Shown here one piece after another: positions 39,455-52,502 of a DNA stretch of 64,000 bases. Positions within the stretch are counted from its first letter, which is position 1. The number at the start of each line of letters is the position of its first letter. The notes under the pieces were generated by a model. The model did not search any database. It was not told the DNA's origin and saw only the letters and a list, made by a program, of their open reading frames with translations. The position numbers and the translations under genes are program-made. Origin of the DNA: Octopus sinensis (Eukaryota); the NCBI RefSeq assembly GCF_006345805.1, contig NC_042997.1, positions 154,070,001 through 154,134,000 of the forward strand, read 5' to 3'.

Positions 39455-39710
39455 ATCTGAATGATCTTCTCTATCAGCACTGCTAGCATAGCTGAAAATC
39501 AAAGTATGAAAGCAAAAAGTACATGAGGAGTGGTCATTATTTCCAGGAAAGATCAAAGATGTTTGAGAAGACGAGGCATCAGTAAAGTATAGGCCCAACC
39601 CACTTATTTAATTAAATATGACATTTCAAACGAAAATTCTTGGCTTTGTTTCAGATTAGAGAACAATAAAATTCAGTATGGGAGAAAAAAAAGTCTCACT
39701 TAGACATCAT
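39455..39710 (-). CDS. SLC38A7: Tentative SLC38A7 5' micro-exons (39700..39710 ATG ATG TCT AA|gtgag; ~39455..39491 NYASSADREDHSD)
   Basis: The splice signals (gtgag donor, ttttcag acceptor) are good and the frames are compatible. The link to the phase-1 exon at 37608 is unresolved: it needs an alternative donor 4 nt further on, or a missing exon. Confidence 0.45.
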
Positions 39711-40599
39711 GTTGAAATTAATATTCTGTGTTTAAAAAGAAATTTTTCATTTGGTAAAAAATGAGTTCTTTCCCCAAGTACAAGAAACGCGTTTTCACCT
39801 GAATGAAGCTAGGGAGATTAACATATTCACACACTGGAACAAAATAGTTAATTTGAGTAATAGAGACTAAAGTACAATTACTTGTACGTTGATGGAATTA
39901 AGTTAACTGGTTAATACCGCATTTACTCCGAAACCATTAAAAAAAAATCGTCTCTAACAGTTTAACTAAAAATGTTTCAACGTTTCACTGTATGCCGGGT
40001 TTATATATTTGGTACAAACCGATTTTTACAGCAGTTAATGTTTAAATGATTCCTTCAATACAACAGAAAGCTACTCCCACTTAATAATAAAAAAAAAAAA
40101 AAAAAAAGCTGTTTCGATCCTAATGCTTTCAGTTTTTATTTGCTTTTAGCTCGTAAAATAACATTTCCAAAACAGTCTGCCTCTAAAATAATTTGTCCAG
40201 CTTCCGACAGACAAAATAAAACGACTGTTTACTGATTTCAAGACTCAAAACAAGCTTTATTCAGGGAGACTACTTAGGACATTTACCACTGTATAAAAAG
40301 AGTCAGAAGAAAAAATTTATAGTTATTTTAATTCTGTACTGCTTAATAAGCTAAATTAATTTTTAAAAAGATATCTTATTACGGCTTCTTGCAACTATGC
40401 TGTTTCTAACGAAGGAATGCCAGATACGCTATTTAACACCAGTATCTACACTAATTGACTATTATAGATAAAAAAATAAACGTTATCTTATATCTTAAAA
40501 AAAAAATACAAAGTATTTTCTTGTCTATTGTTCTGAAAAAGCCATAAACAACTTTGTTTCGACGTAAAAAAAAAAAAAAAGGAATAAGAACATTGTCAA

Positions 40600-40711
40600 A
40601 ACAATTAGTTACAATTAATTTCTGACATAGCTTTTGACATAAATAGACATGCCATTCAGTTTATTTTATCACGATAACATAAATGTCAGAATTTAATTGT
40701 AACTAATTGTT
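40600..40711. repeat. ~28-bp inverted repeat (small MITE or hairpin)
   Basis: AACAATTAGTTACAATTAATTTCTGACAT ... ATGTCAGAATTTAATTGTAACTAATTGTT. Confidence 0.75.
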
Positions 40712-41312
40712 CTTTGTCTGGATTTTAATTAAATGCTTCGAAAAAATGTTAATGACTTTTTAAAGAATACTGCATATTCATAACAATTCCCTGGTGCGAT
40801 GTTGAGTATGCGCGCTTCTTTATTTGTTTATTTACCAATTTCTTGCTTTTTCTTTATCTTTTTTCTTTTCCATTTTCTTATTGTTTACATGAATAAATTG
40901 TATTCGTTTTCTCATTAAATTGTTCTGAAACTTTATAGTAATATTCTCAAATAAGCATATATATATGGGTCGATAAATTAAGTACCAGTAGCGTACTGGG
41001 GCTGACCTAATCGACTGGCCCCTTCCCCCCAAATTTCGGGCCTTGTGCATAGAGTAGAAAAGTATATTTCTGTTGAAATACACTGCCTTTATTCATATCA
41101 ATTAATTTTGAAAATCATGAAGAATTTACTAAAATATTATAGCAATTTGCATTACAAAAAAAAAGTTAGGCATAAAATAACATTTCCTTTTTACCTATAA
41201 CAATTATATAGCAACAGATGTTATTTTAGGCTTTAATTTATGATCTATACGAAGTAAAATAATAAATTAAGTTGATCAGAATTAAGACAAAAATTTGTTC
41301 TTATTTTGTTAC

Positions 41313-41560
41313 CTTCAGGTACATGCACTTCAAATTCTTCGCTATAGTTGATAGACTGTGGTCGCGTTTCCACTTTTGCTTCATCTTGCTGATAAGAATT
41401 TTCTTCTTCCATTTCAAAGTTTCCTATTTACAGAAGGAAACCTTAAGAAGTAAGTTGGAAAATGCTATCCGTCTTAAAACGACTTGTAATGATGTACCAC
41501 AACAGAATCCGAAACGTCCATGTTGCATAGCATGTGACTTATATCGGTCATGTGACTAAT
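41313..41560 (-). promoter_or_regulatory. Putative SLC38A7 promoter / non-coding first exon with two CLEAR/M-box-like E-boxes
   Basis: Donor GAAG|GTAAC at 41313/41312 on -; GCATGTGAC at 41530-41538 and GTCATGTGAC at 41547-41556; locally more CpG than the flanks. Confidence 0.45.
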
Positions 41561-42661
41561 TCAAATTGATCTTTAGCTCGTGATTTAATTATAAACGTTA
41601 TCAGTAATTTAATTTGATAACTCTAATCTATGTTGAAATTACCTTGTAATTAAAGATTATTGTTTTTTAATTAGCCCTGTTGAGCTATAAATATGATAAG
41701 TTTATTAATCATCCTTTTTAAACAAACTTTTCTGATAATTATAAGCTATTTTCCACATTTCTCTTCAAATTAGAATCGTTTAACCTGAGATTTCTTAATG
41801 TGGTTGTTATAATAAAATCTTACTTGCAATAATCCAATGGAAAAGAACAGGGGATCTTGTTAAATTGCATAACTTTAAATGCCTGTAACTTCTTTATTAA
41901 TTTCTAGGCGGAATGAATGCGAAGTTCCTTGTCAGCATTCAGAAATACAATTTTTGAAAATAATCTGGTAAAAATTTGAAAAACTTCGAGTGGTTGGAAG
42001 AAATTTAACAAGAATCGGAACTTGATTCACAAAAGTGAACACTAAGATAATTTTAAAAAAAAAGAAAAAAAATCAAAAATAGTCATCTTCAAACCCGTGG
42101 AAACTGATGACACTTTAAATCTTTTTAAGTCAACCAACTCGGGCCTGATCGAACAAAACTATGATTAAAAGTAATCCAGTGAAAACAATCGTGTCTTTTA
42201 TAAATAGTGTATTTCAGATTACTGTTTCCAAAGTGTTGTTTTACATTTATATTTTCTTTTTTTTTTAGAATTTTACTTGAGGTGATCGACTCCCTTGTTA
42301 GCAACTACACGCAAAAAAGGCTTCTTCATTAAATAAATTATTTTTATTTTCATCATTATGAAAACACTTTGTAGTTATGCTGAAAGGCCGAATGCAAGTT
42401 TCTTTAGCAATTTTAAAATATTTTATTTAGCTTACATCTTTAAAGAAATGTTATGTCTGTTTAAAAAACGGTGAGTAATAATATAATCGGTCTTATTGTC
42501 ACAAAATGTTTAATGGTTATTTAGTTATGTTTCTTTACATTATGTGTTCAGATCCTATTGAGTTCGACCCCTTCTGAAGTCTAAAAACAAGCTCTGAATC
42601 AATGTAACCTCCATATTTGTGATGAAATACCCATTAGAAATCATTATTAAGGGTGGGGGTC

Positions 42662-43510
42662 AAGGCAGCGAGTTGCCAGAATGACGTAAAGACGGGCAAA
42701 ATGCTTAACGGGACTTCCTCTGTCTTTACTTTCGGAGTTCAAATTCCGCCGAGGTCGACTTTGCCTTCCATCCCTTCAGGGTCAATAAACTAAGTACCAC
42801 TTGAACACTGGAGTCGATGTAATCGACTTACCCACTTCCTCGAAATTGCTGGCCTTGTGCCAAAATTTGAAACCTTTATTAAGGTTGGAGTGTAAAAGCG
42901 GTGAGGCGGCAGTATCATTGGAATGTTAGAAAAATAGTTTTGAGTTCCAGCCCTTTACATTCGGAGTTCAAATCCCGCCGAAGTCAAATTCATCTTTCAT
43001 CCTTCCGGATCGATGGCATTGACTAACATCCTCCTCTTAGAACTGCTCGTCTTGTACTTAAATCAGAAACCAGGAGAATAATATGAAGAATTAAAGAAAG
43101 CATTATTATTTACAACGAAAGGAGGCGATATAATAGATTCGTTAGAGCGTCGGAAGAAAATGTTTTACAGTATTTCATTCGTGTTCTGAGTTAAAATGTC
43201 GCCAAAATGAACTTTTCTTTTCATCCTTTCGGGATAAGTAAAATAAAGAACCAATCTAGTTAGGGTCGACAATATCGATCCTAACTAAGTTGGTTAGGCG
43301 CCACAAAACTGCCAGTTCTGTGACTAAATTAGAAATAATTTATTTACCCGAATGGTTATGGTGTCGGACAAAATGTCTTGCGATATTTGTTCAGGTTCTT
43401 TACATTCTAATTTAAAATCACGGCATGATCAGTTTTGCTTTTCTTTCATCTGGGATCAAATATAGGGAATTATGGTATCAATCAACTCCATTCCTTCGAA
43501 ATAAGCGGCC
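42662..43510 (+). mobile_element. Cluster of ~4 increasingly decayed SINE B-like copies
   Basis: Recurrent GAGTTCAAAT.CCGCCGA.GTC.ACTT.C.TT.CATCC at ~42735, 42965, 43190 and 43410. Confidence 0.65.
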
Positions 43511-43817
43511 TTATGAAACAGTATAATTTACAACGAAGGTTCAGCACGTAACAAAAATACTCTTACGCTATTTAGTTGCGTCCCTTTAACTGTTTTTGTT
43601 TTTCTCCAGTAAAAGTAAATAAGTTACTGCTCTTTATATGTGTTGACTAGCAGAAGCACCCGGCGTTGCCTAGGATAATTTTTTTCCCCTCACATATTGG
43701 AAGAAAAAAAAAACAAAATATGTTGTATAGAAATTCATTATTCCAAATTCAGTTTATTCTTCAATTGGGATACAATTTATTCTTTAATTGGAAATCAACT
43801 CTGAATTCATAATACAA

Positions 43818-43851
43818 AATAATAATACTAATAATAATAATAATAATGATG

Positions 43852-43903
<52 letters not shown>
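43818..43903. repeat. (TAA)n microsatellite
   Basis: Read directly; similar tracts at 47119-47180, 47744-47800, 53935-54008 and 54454-54550. Confidence 0.95.
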
Positions 43904-43904
<1 letters not shown>

Positions 43905-46565
43905 TCTAAAAAAATTCTACAGAGAAATAGGGAAGGAGAAAGTACCCGTTAAAGACCCCCCTCCCATGGAAGAAGTTCAAAACTTTTGGAAAAGGATTTG
44001 GAGTGACAAGAAGACGTACAACATAAATGCAGACAGGATTATACAAACTGAAGGATCCTACCAAAATTTACAACAACAAGCATGGGAAGACATCACAATA
44101 GCAGACCTAAGAAAGGCACTCACGAAGGCCCATAGTTGAAAATCCCCCGGTAAAGATAGGGTGCCGAATTTCTGGCTCGCATCGCTCCCATGCGCACACG
44201 GTAAGCTAGTTCAGCTGCTCAATGGAATTATGAGAGACCCAAAGAAAACACCTGAATGGTTAGCAAGTGGTATTACTTACCTACTCTCAAAGAATAACGA
44301 AACCAACCTTCCAAATAACTATCGGCCTATAACCTGTCTATCCACCACGTATAAAATCCTAACATCTATCCTGGCGGAGAAAACATATACATTCATGGAG
44401 AAGAACGATATTTTCCCCATTGAACAAAAAGGGTGCCGCCGAGGCTCATACTGATGCAAAGATCAACTGCTAATTAATCGTATGATCCTTGAGAACTGTC
44501 ACAACAAGCGCAGAAATCTCAGCTCCGCATGGATTGACTATAAAAAGGCCTTCGACAGTATACCGCATCTATGGATCTTGAGATCGCTGGACATCTTCAA
44601 AATTTCCCCTGTGATTTCAAGCTTCCAGAAGCACAATATGTCGTTGTGGAATACGAATCTCCAATTATACCACTCTAATGGAGTACTTGCCTCAGAAAAT
44701 ATAAACATCAACTGTGGAATTTTTCAAGGTGACTCACTTTCACCTTTAATATTCTGCATAGCCCTAATACCCCTTACAAGTGAATTAAACAGAACAGGGT
44801 ATGGGTATAAAATTGCCAATAAAAAAATAAGCAATCTATTTTATATGGATAACTTAAAACTCTATGGTAAAGACAATAATGAACTTGAAGGCCTATTGCG
44901 CACTGTGAAAGCATTCAGCGATGACATCGGGATGGAGTTTGGACTTGAGAAGTGTGCCAAGGCCACTTTCCAGAAAGAGAAAGTGAAGACCACAAATTCA
45001 GTCGTGTTAGATGTTGATACAGTCATAAGAGAGCTTGAGCAAGAACAAACATACAAATATTTAGGGATAAATGATGGCTCTGGTATTCAGCATGCAAGCA
45101 TGAAAGAGAAGATCAGGAAGGAATGTTATAGGAGAGTTCGTGCAGTCCTGAAATCTGAACTAAATGCACGTAACAAGGTGTTAGCTATAAATTCCTTAGC
45201 AGTTCCAGTTGTTACTTATAGCTACAATGTGTTGAACTGGAATATGAGTGAAGTAAAGAATATAGATAGGAAAATACGCAAGCTGCTGAGTTGTAATAGG
45301 ATGCACCACCCAAAGGCAGACGTAGATCGCCTTTACCTTCCCAGAGCCCAAGGAGGTCGAGGCCTGATCCAATTTGAACTAGCTTACAAAACAACCACAA
45401 TTGGACTGGCCAAATATCTTGAAATAACGAATGACTGGATGCTAAAGCTCGTGGAAAATCACGAGAGACGAAAGAAGCTTCATTCTATCATAAAGGAAAG
45501 CAAAAAATTTGCTATTGATCTCGTGCAGGATACCCAAACTGAAAAACCCGAGGGAAGTACGGCAACTATTGTTGCAAAGAAGGTGAAAATAATGGCAACG
45601 AAAAAAGCGCACGAGCAATTGGCTGATAGGTGGGAGGAGAAACCTCTGCATGGCAAATATGTGGCCCGCAGCAAACAAGATGATGTTGACCAGAAGCAAA
45701 CCCATCAGTGGCTATGGAGCTCAGGGCTAAAAGCAGAGAGCGAAGGTTTCATCCTGGCTGCTCAAGATCAAAGCCTATTAACCCGGAACTACCAGGCCAA
45801 TGTGATGAAAAATGGAGCAGACCCAAAATGCCGATTCTGCAACAACATGATTGAAACAGTGGACCACCTAATCTCTGGATGTAAAGTCTTAGCACCAGTG
45901 GAGTATAAATTAAGACATGACAGAGTTGGCCAATATCTACACTGGCTAATAAGTCGGCATTACAATATCAAAACTGCCGACAAGTGGTATAATCACCACC
46001 CTGAAGCTGTAACTGAAGGAGAAAATGTAATGATTCTGTGGGACTTTCCAGTACATACAGACCGAACCATCAAAGCCAATAAACCAGATATTGTTGTGAA
46101 AGACCAAAACAATAAAGTTTGCTTATTGATCGACATGAGCATCCCCAGTGATCATAATATCTCGGCGAAAGAGTTTGACAAGCTCAGAAAATATAAAGAC
46201 CTACTCATTGAAATTGAGAAAATGTGGCATCTCAAGGCGGTTACAATACCAGTGATCGTAGGAGCACTAGGAATGATCAAGAAGGGAACCGAAAATTATA
46301 TGAGAATGATCCCTGGCTTACCATCCTTGCAAGAAGTGCAAAAGATTGTCTTAACTGGTACATCACACGTATTGAGAAGAGCATTGTCGATGTGAGAACT
46401 ATTACTACCCATGTATTTAAATTTAACTTAAAAAAAAAAATGAACGAACTATTGAGTTTAGTTTAATGGCCTACCAATGTATACTATGAGTTTCTTTGTC
46501 CTAGGAGTCGGGAAGACACTCGGCAAGAAATGGAAGCAAATTTGAAAGAAAAAAATAATAATAAA
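43904..46565 (+). mobile_element. R4/Dong-like non-LTR retrotransposon (RT + CCHC + restriction-like endonuclease), 5'-truncated
   Basis: One reading frame with two stops (44137, 44452). KSPGKD, YRPITCL, WIDYKKAFDS, GIFQGDSLSPL, FYMDN (catalytic D>N), CRFC..ETVDHLISGC, RHD, KPDIVV..LIDMSIP..K.KY; flanked by (TAA)n. Confidence 0.92.
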
Positions 46566-47118
46566 TGCCCTGATGCAGTACCAGGCAGTGGCTCTCGTAG
46601 CTTCTGATCTTAACTGATTGGAAGTGTTATCATGTACATTGTTTTGTCTTGGTATAAAAGATGGGCTACAGCAAATATTCTGCTCAGTACCACAGATTTG
46701 CTTGTCAGTTGTTTGACCTTAACCAGTTGAGCATGTCCCTTAGTGGCTGACGATATGTGCATCTCTGATCACGAGCAGAAGTAGTGGGGGAGCATCATAG
46801 CCGTGTGTTGAGGCGAATTCTTTGAAGTTTGAATAATTCACCTCTGGAAACACGGGTGTTTCATTCAATATCCTTAAACAACCCTTATTCAGGGACCTTT
46901 TGAGCAGGATGGGTTACTCGACCAGAAGAAAATTCTAGTTGGGCCTCACCTGCAAGGTCATGTGCTGTTAGTTGATATGAGATCAGCATGTCGCGCACAT
47001 ATGGTTGTGATGCATGTGCCTGGTGTACCCTTATCAGATGGGTAATCATGATGGGTACACTGGGCTTCATATATTTTACCCCAGTGTCACTTTGATGGCA
47101 TGCACTGCTCTTTCACTC

Positions 47119-47183
<65 letters not shown>

Positions 47184-47743
47184 CCAGTTGACCCTGTCCC
47201 TTAGTGGCTGACGATATGTGTATCTCTGATCCCAAGCAGAAGTAGTGGCGGAGCATCATAGCCGTGTGTATGGTATAAAAGATGGGCTACAGCAAATATT
47301 CTGCTCAATACCACAGATTTGCTTGTCAGTTGTTTGACCTTAACCAGTTGACCATGTCCCTTAGTGGCCGACGATATGTACATCTCAAATAACAAGCAGA
47401 TGTAGTGGGGAAACATTATGGCCATATGCTGAAAGGAATTCTTAGAGGTTTGGATAATTCACCTTTGGAAGCATGGGTGGTTCGTTCAACATCCTTAGAC
47501 AATCCTTATTCAGGGACCTTTTGAGTGGGATAGGCTACTCGACCAGAAAAAAAATTCTAACTGGGCCCCCACCTGCAAGGTCATGCGCTGTTTATCTTGA
47601 TATGTGATCACCATGTCGCGCACATATAATAGTGATGAATGTGCCTGGTATATCCTTATCAGGCGGGTAGTCATAATGGGTATACTGGGTTTCGTTTATT
47701 TTACCCCAGTCTCACTTTGATGGCATGCACTGCTCTCTCACTC
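46566..47743 (+). mobile_element. Non-coding ~550-bp repeat ending in (AAT)n, two tandem copies (second rearranged)
   Basis: 46650-47118 is approximately 47271-47743; both end GCATGCACTGCTCT.TCACTC(AAT)n. Confidence 0.75.
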
Positions 47744-47800
<57 letters not shown>

Positions 47801-47924
47801 TAGCGTCAGCCTTGACAGTGGCTGGACGTGTTCTTCGCTGCTCTGACCATTCAGCAGCCGAAGACACAGAATCACTAATATAACCCAGCAGGAAAACGGT
47901 AAAGCAAATCCCAAAGACTGGCAT

Positions 47925-48420
47925 ATCTACAATTTCCTGTGAGTATCTTAAATCTCTCTCAAAATAAGTTAGGAAACTTACATATATATTGCTTTCGAAC
48001 ACACAAACGATCAGCTTTAAAAAAACTTTAAATCTACAATTCCTGTGAATACCTATCGTTTCCTTTCTCCCTGAGTATTCAAAAATGTAAACATCCTTTT
48101 TATTCTAAGAACACTACAATTTTCTTTGTGCAGACATACAAAAGACCCTATTTACTAAATTTTAAAACTTTAATATCTACAACTTTCTGTGAAAATGTTA
48201 CCCTCTTTTTTTCTTTTCTCTCTCCCTGAGTATTCAAAAATGTAAACATCCTTTTCATTGCAAAAACACTACTGTATTCTCCAACTGGACAGATAAACGA
48301 ACATCTCAAGAGAACATAAAACTTTAATATACTAAATTTTGTGTGAAATTTTATCTTTCATTTCTCCCTGACTACCCAGATATGTAAACATACCTTTTAT
48401 TGCAACAACACAATTGAATT
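47925..48420. repeat. Degenerate ~150-bp tandem repeat (3+ units)
   Basis: CTCCCTGAGTATTCAAAAATGTAAACATCCTTTT at ~48067 and 48222, with a variant at 48364; CTACAATTTCCTGTGA recurs. Confidence 0.7.
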
Positions 48421-49539
48421 CAGAAATTCCAAAATTCAATGACATGAATATCAGTATATATATTATTGTTTTTTTCTACTGGTAATTACAAATAGAACAG
48501 TGTGAATTGCTTCTTTTCAAGACCAAGGTCAGCGCTCTCATTGGTCGCTAGTAGAAGTAAACACATTTGACCTCTGCTGACCCAAAGGGTGCAAAGATTC
48601 TTTTGCCTTCTATTGCTGACCTTCTCACCATCTGCCGAATCTATTTATAGACCTGTAGAATTTGATCTATTCATCAAGCTGCTACTCTTCACCTAACTAT
48701 TTCTTTCAACGACCACATATTAATGATTATCTCAAGTACAAGACAAAAGTCGAAAATAAAGAACATTTAATAAAACCTTTCAATAATAAATCGAAATAGT
48801 AATAATGATAACAACAATAGAAGTGGTAGTGATGGAAATAATGATAATGATAAAAATAATAATATGCTGCAGCTGCTAATACTACGACTACTACTATTCT
48901 AATAGCACAGGAATCTTAGGCCCAACTAACACTATTACAGCTACCCCATCCCTACTACTGTTGCTGCCACCACTGGTGCTACTATACATAAATACAACAA
49001 TAAAGGTAGTAATTGACAACGGCGGTAGAAGACTGAAGAACACTGCCCAGCAAAGAAAGCAAAGACAGCAACAACTAATACAAGAACATCAACAACATAG
49101 GAAGTAACTAAGATCTACCACCCTTTCGGAACCCGTGGTTAGAGAACATAGCCTAGCTAGCGACAAAAAACAACATTGAAAAAAAAAAGAAACAATTATC
49201 GTGGCTACGGAAATAAGGAAGAAGGCAACGATCTTAGTTTTCATACGCTGAGCCTGTTCACCGAAGAAGATTGCAAGTAAGCAATGGACTCTCTAGAAAA
49301 TCGTTCTGCATGACAGAAAGAGTAGTTACATCTCTTTTAAATTACAACTAACATCGCCGAGAAAGGTCAGATCAAATAGTGTAATTTTCTTTGCGGCTGT
49401 TCATGTGTGCAGCGCTGGAAATTGGTGCCATCCCTGCCCTGCATAGGCCTGTGTAACCTCTGAGTTAATATAACAATGACAAATAGAAAAAAAACCCCAA
49501 TAATATCAGTGATATCAGTGATGATAATAATAATACTCA

Positions 49540-50905
49540 TAATGAAAGGAAGCGGGTAGAATCTCCCCATGTCCTGACAACGTATGTATGATGGTGTCAC
49601 AATAAAAAACAATGGTAATTGCGCAACTTGATAATGCTACCTCATATGAGTGACAATGAAAAAACAAAATATTGTGAATAACGGTGGTAATGAAACTGGA
49701 GCCACTGATGGTGACGGTGTTGCACCCGGCAGGCCCAAAGATTCTGGTCCGGCTCCAGTCTGTCGATATCCAGAAAGGGACCACCACACACGGCGTAGAT
49801 GGAGCAAGCAAATTAATACTGTGGTCAAGGAATGTTACTACCTGGGCAACCCTGTAGATGAAAATAGTGCTCAGATTAGGGCTTACCGACAACGTATGTA
49901 TGATCATTGGAGAGAAAAGAGATTGTTTCAACTCACGGAACAGAGATTATGTGATCAAGCCAGAGCAATAAGAAAAATCGTTGGTTCAAAGAAGTAGAGT
50001 TCGAAGCCATCAAAAGACAGGTATTGGGAAATAGCAGCAGAGATAACAATGAAAATACAGTTCTTACTAATAAGAGTAATCTCATAGCACGGGAATGGAG
50101 CAGTGGTTGTTTACTTGATGAGAGACGTAGGTGATCCAAAAGAAGACAATAAAGCTAATAGCGACATAACAGATGAACAAAAGGCAATCTACGACAGAAT
50201 AAAGGCAAGACTACAGGAGAACAATAGCAACATTATTTGCAACCTTAAAAAGGTTGATCGGTGGAAATTGAATCAGGAAACGAAAAATATGAATGAAATT
50301 CTGAAAGAAATCAGAATAAACAACATCACAGAAATAAATAATTTGATTAAGGCAGCAAGTATTATTGTAGTAGAAAACGTGGGTGTTGATGTCAAGAAAG
50401 GAAATATAATGTGAGTGACAAAAGAAAAGATCCATGGTGGAAAAGAAGAATACAGGCGGGGTTAGATATGCTCTCGAAGGACAATTCTGTGTTAGACCGA
50501 AAAGTGAAAAGGGAGTTTAAAAGCGAACAAAAGTACAGGGCACTGAAAAAGAAGTATAATATTGAAAGAAAGGGCCTGAAAGTAGTAATGGAGGAACTGA
50601 AACAGCGCCTCGTTGCAAAGAAAGCAAAGATGGTAAGATACGACCAAAGAATGAAGGGTTGCTAGCAGAATAGGTTATTCAGATTAGATCAGAAGAGATT
50701 CTATAAAGAAATAAATGGAAAGTGTACAGATGAAAAGTTGATACCAGATAACAATGAAAGTCAAAGGTTTTGGAGTGACATCTAGAGCAAAGACAAGGAG
50801 CACAAGAAGGATGCTGAATGGTTGCAAGAACTGAAACCAACAGTAGTCTGTCTAAAACAGGCTGAACTAGTAATTTCAGTTTAGGAAATGAAGGAAATCA
50901 ACAAC
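49540..50905 (+). mobile_element. R4/Dong-like element, 5' portion (N-terminal region), degenerate
   Basis: RRRWSKQINTVVKECYY...YRQRMYDHW...TEQRLCDQARAIRK; PWWKRRIQ; LKQRLVAK..RYDQR..QNRLFRLDQKRFYKE..FWSDI. Confidence 0.8.
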
Positions 50906-50914
50906 AAAAAGAAA

Positions 50915-52502
50915 GAGCGAATAACATTTTGGGTCTCTGCTTCACGACCAATATGGACATCGTTCATGATGTGAAAGTGACGTCGACATTAGTCTCGGAT
51001 CACGACATAATAGAGCTGTATGTGTTTGGGCCGAAAGTAGCCAGACATACAACCTAAAGGAAGCACCCGAAATCTCTCCAAACTGAACTTCCACAAAGCA
51101 GACTGGAAATCGATCCAAATAGAGATCCTCAGACAGGACTGGCCGAAATGTCTCTCCACACCAGACATTGGCATGAAACTAGAATATTTCATGTCTGTTA
51201 TGCAAGCCATATGCCAGAAATATGTCCCAGAGCACAAGCCAAAACAAATAGGAACAAGATTCCAATGGAGAGGAAGATCCTCATGAGACGACGGACTAAA
51301 GTTGTAAATTGACTCAACCAACATCTCAAAAGTAGCGAAAGGTCCCGCCTAAAAACAACACTGATGGAGATTGAAAAAAGCCTGCAACAATCCTATGTGA
51401 AGGAGAGGGCAGACAAAGAAGCCTAGGTTATAAAAACATTAAGTCAAATCCAAAGGTCTTCTTTCATTATGCGAAAGAAACAGTCTCAGTGCACTACAAA
51501 ATAGGACCCCTCCTCCAAAAGGATGGCTCCCTCACAGACAGTCCAACTAAGATCAGTGAGATGCTGAATGACCAGTTCAAAAGTGTCTTTACCACCCCGC
51601 TGGAACACAGACAAGTGAACGAACCAGTGGACTTCTTTGCCGCCTCACCTATAATGAGCGAGGCAGTTACAATGGAATGCATTGACATTAGCGAAGAAGA
51701 TATACTACTAGCCATAGATAAGGTGGACGCAAACTCAACTGCTGGTCCTGATGGTTTCCCAGCAATCCTCCTCAAATCGTGTAAACGGGCCCTGGCAAAA
51801 CCCCTCCAGATTCTCTTCCAGAGCTTTCTTGAAAATGGTAGACTGCCGAGCAAGCTGAAGGATGGAATAATATGCTCAACCCATTAAGGAGGAAGCAGAG
51901 CAGATGCCAAAATCTATAGGCCTATCTCTCTGACTTCACACATCAGCAAAGTCATGGAACGAATAGTCAGAGGGAAACTCATCGTATTCCTTGAAGAAAA
52001 TAACTTGTTGAGTGATACCCAGCATGGCTTTCGACCAGGTAGGAGCTGCCTGACCCAGCTCTTACAATACAATGACTGGGTGTTGAGGCAGTTACTCAGC
52101 AGCTCTAATGTGGACGTAATATACCTTGATTTTGTAAAAGCATTTGACAATGTGGATCATGGTATGATATGCCACAAATTGCATGATCTCGCCATGGCTG
52201 GAAAACTTGGAGAGTGGTTACATGACTTTCTGAAAGACAGAAGTCAGACAGTAGTGGCCAATGGAGCCACCTCAATGAAAACTCAAATAGTGAGCAGTGT
52301 TCCACAGGGCACTATCTTGGGATCACTGCTTTTCATAGTGGCCCTATCAGATATGCTCTCAACTGCCTGGATAGCCAACCTTGCTAGCTACGCAGGCGAT
52401 ACTAAAGTCTCGCAGAAAATTACCAGTTATTCAATAACCCCAGCGATATTGCACATCTGCAGCAGGAGTTGGACTCAATTTACAGATGGGCTAAGGATAA
52501 TC
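50915..52502 (+). mobile_element. CR1-group LINE ORF2 internal fragment, related to the 57-61 kb element
   Basis: SDHDIIEL, NFHKADW, AGPDGFPAILLK, YRPISLTSH, QHGFRPGRSCLTQLL, YLDF.KAFD, VPQGTILG, YAGD; stops and frameshifts. Confidence 0.9.

Noticed and set aside
44130-44460. In-frame TGA codons in the RLE element as readthrough or selenocysteine
   Set aside because: Best explained as point mutations (e.g. TGG>TGA). The RT catalytic motif is also mutated (YMDN) and no SECIS is evident.
48780-49350. Asn/Thr-rich pseudo-coding stretch (also 54840-55140)
   Set aside because: Decayed trinucleotide repeats with stops in all frames and no domain motif.
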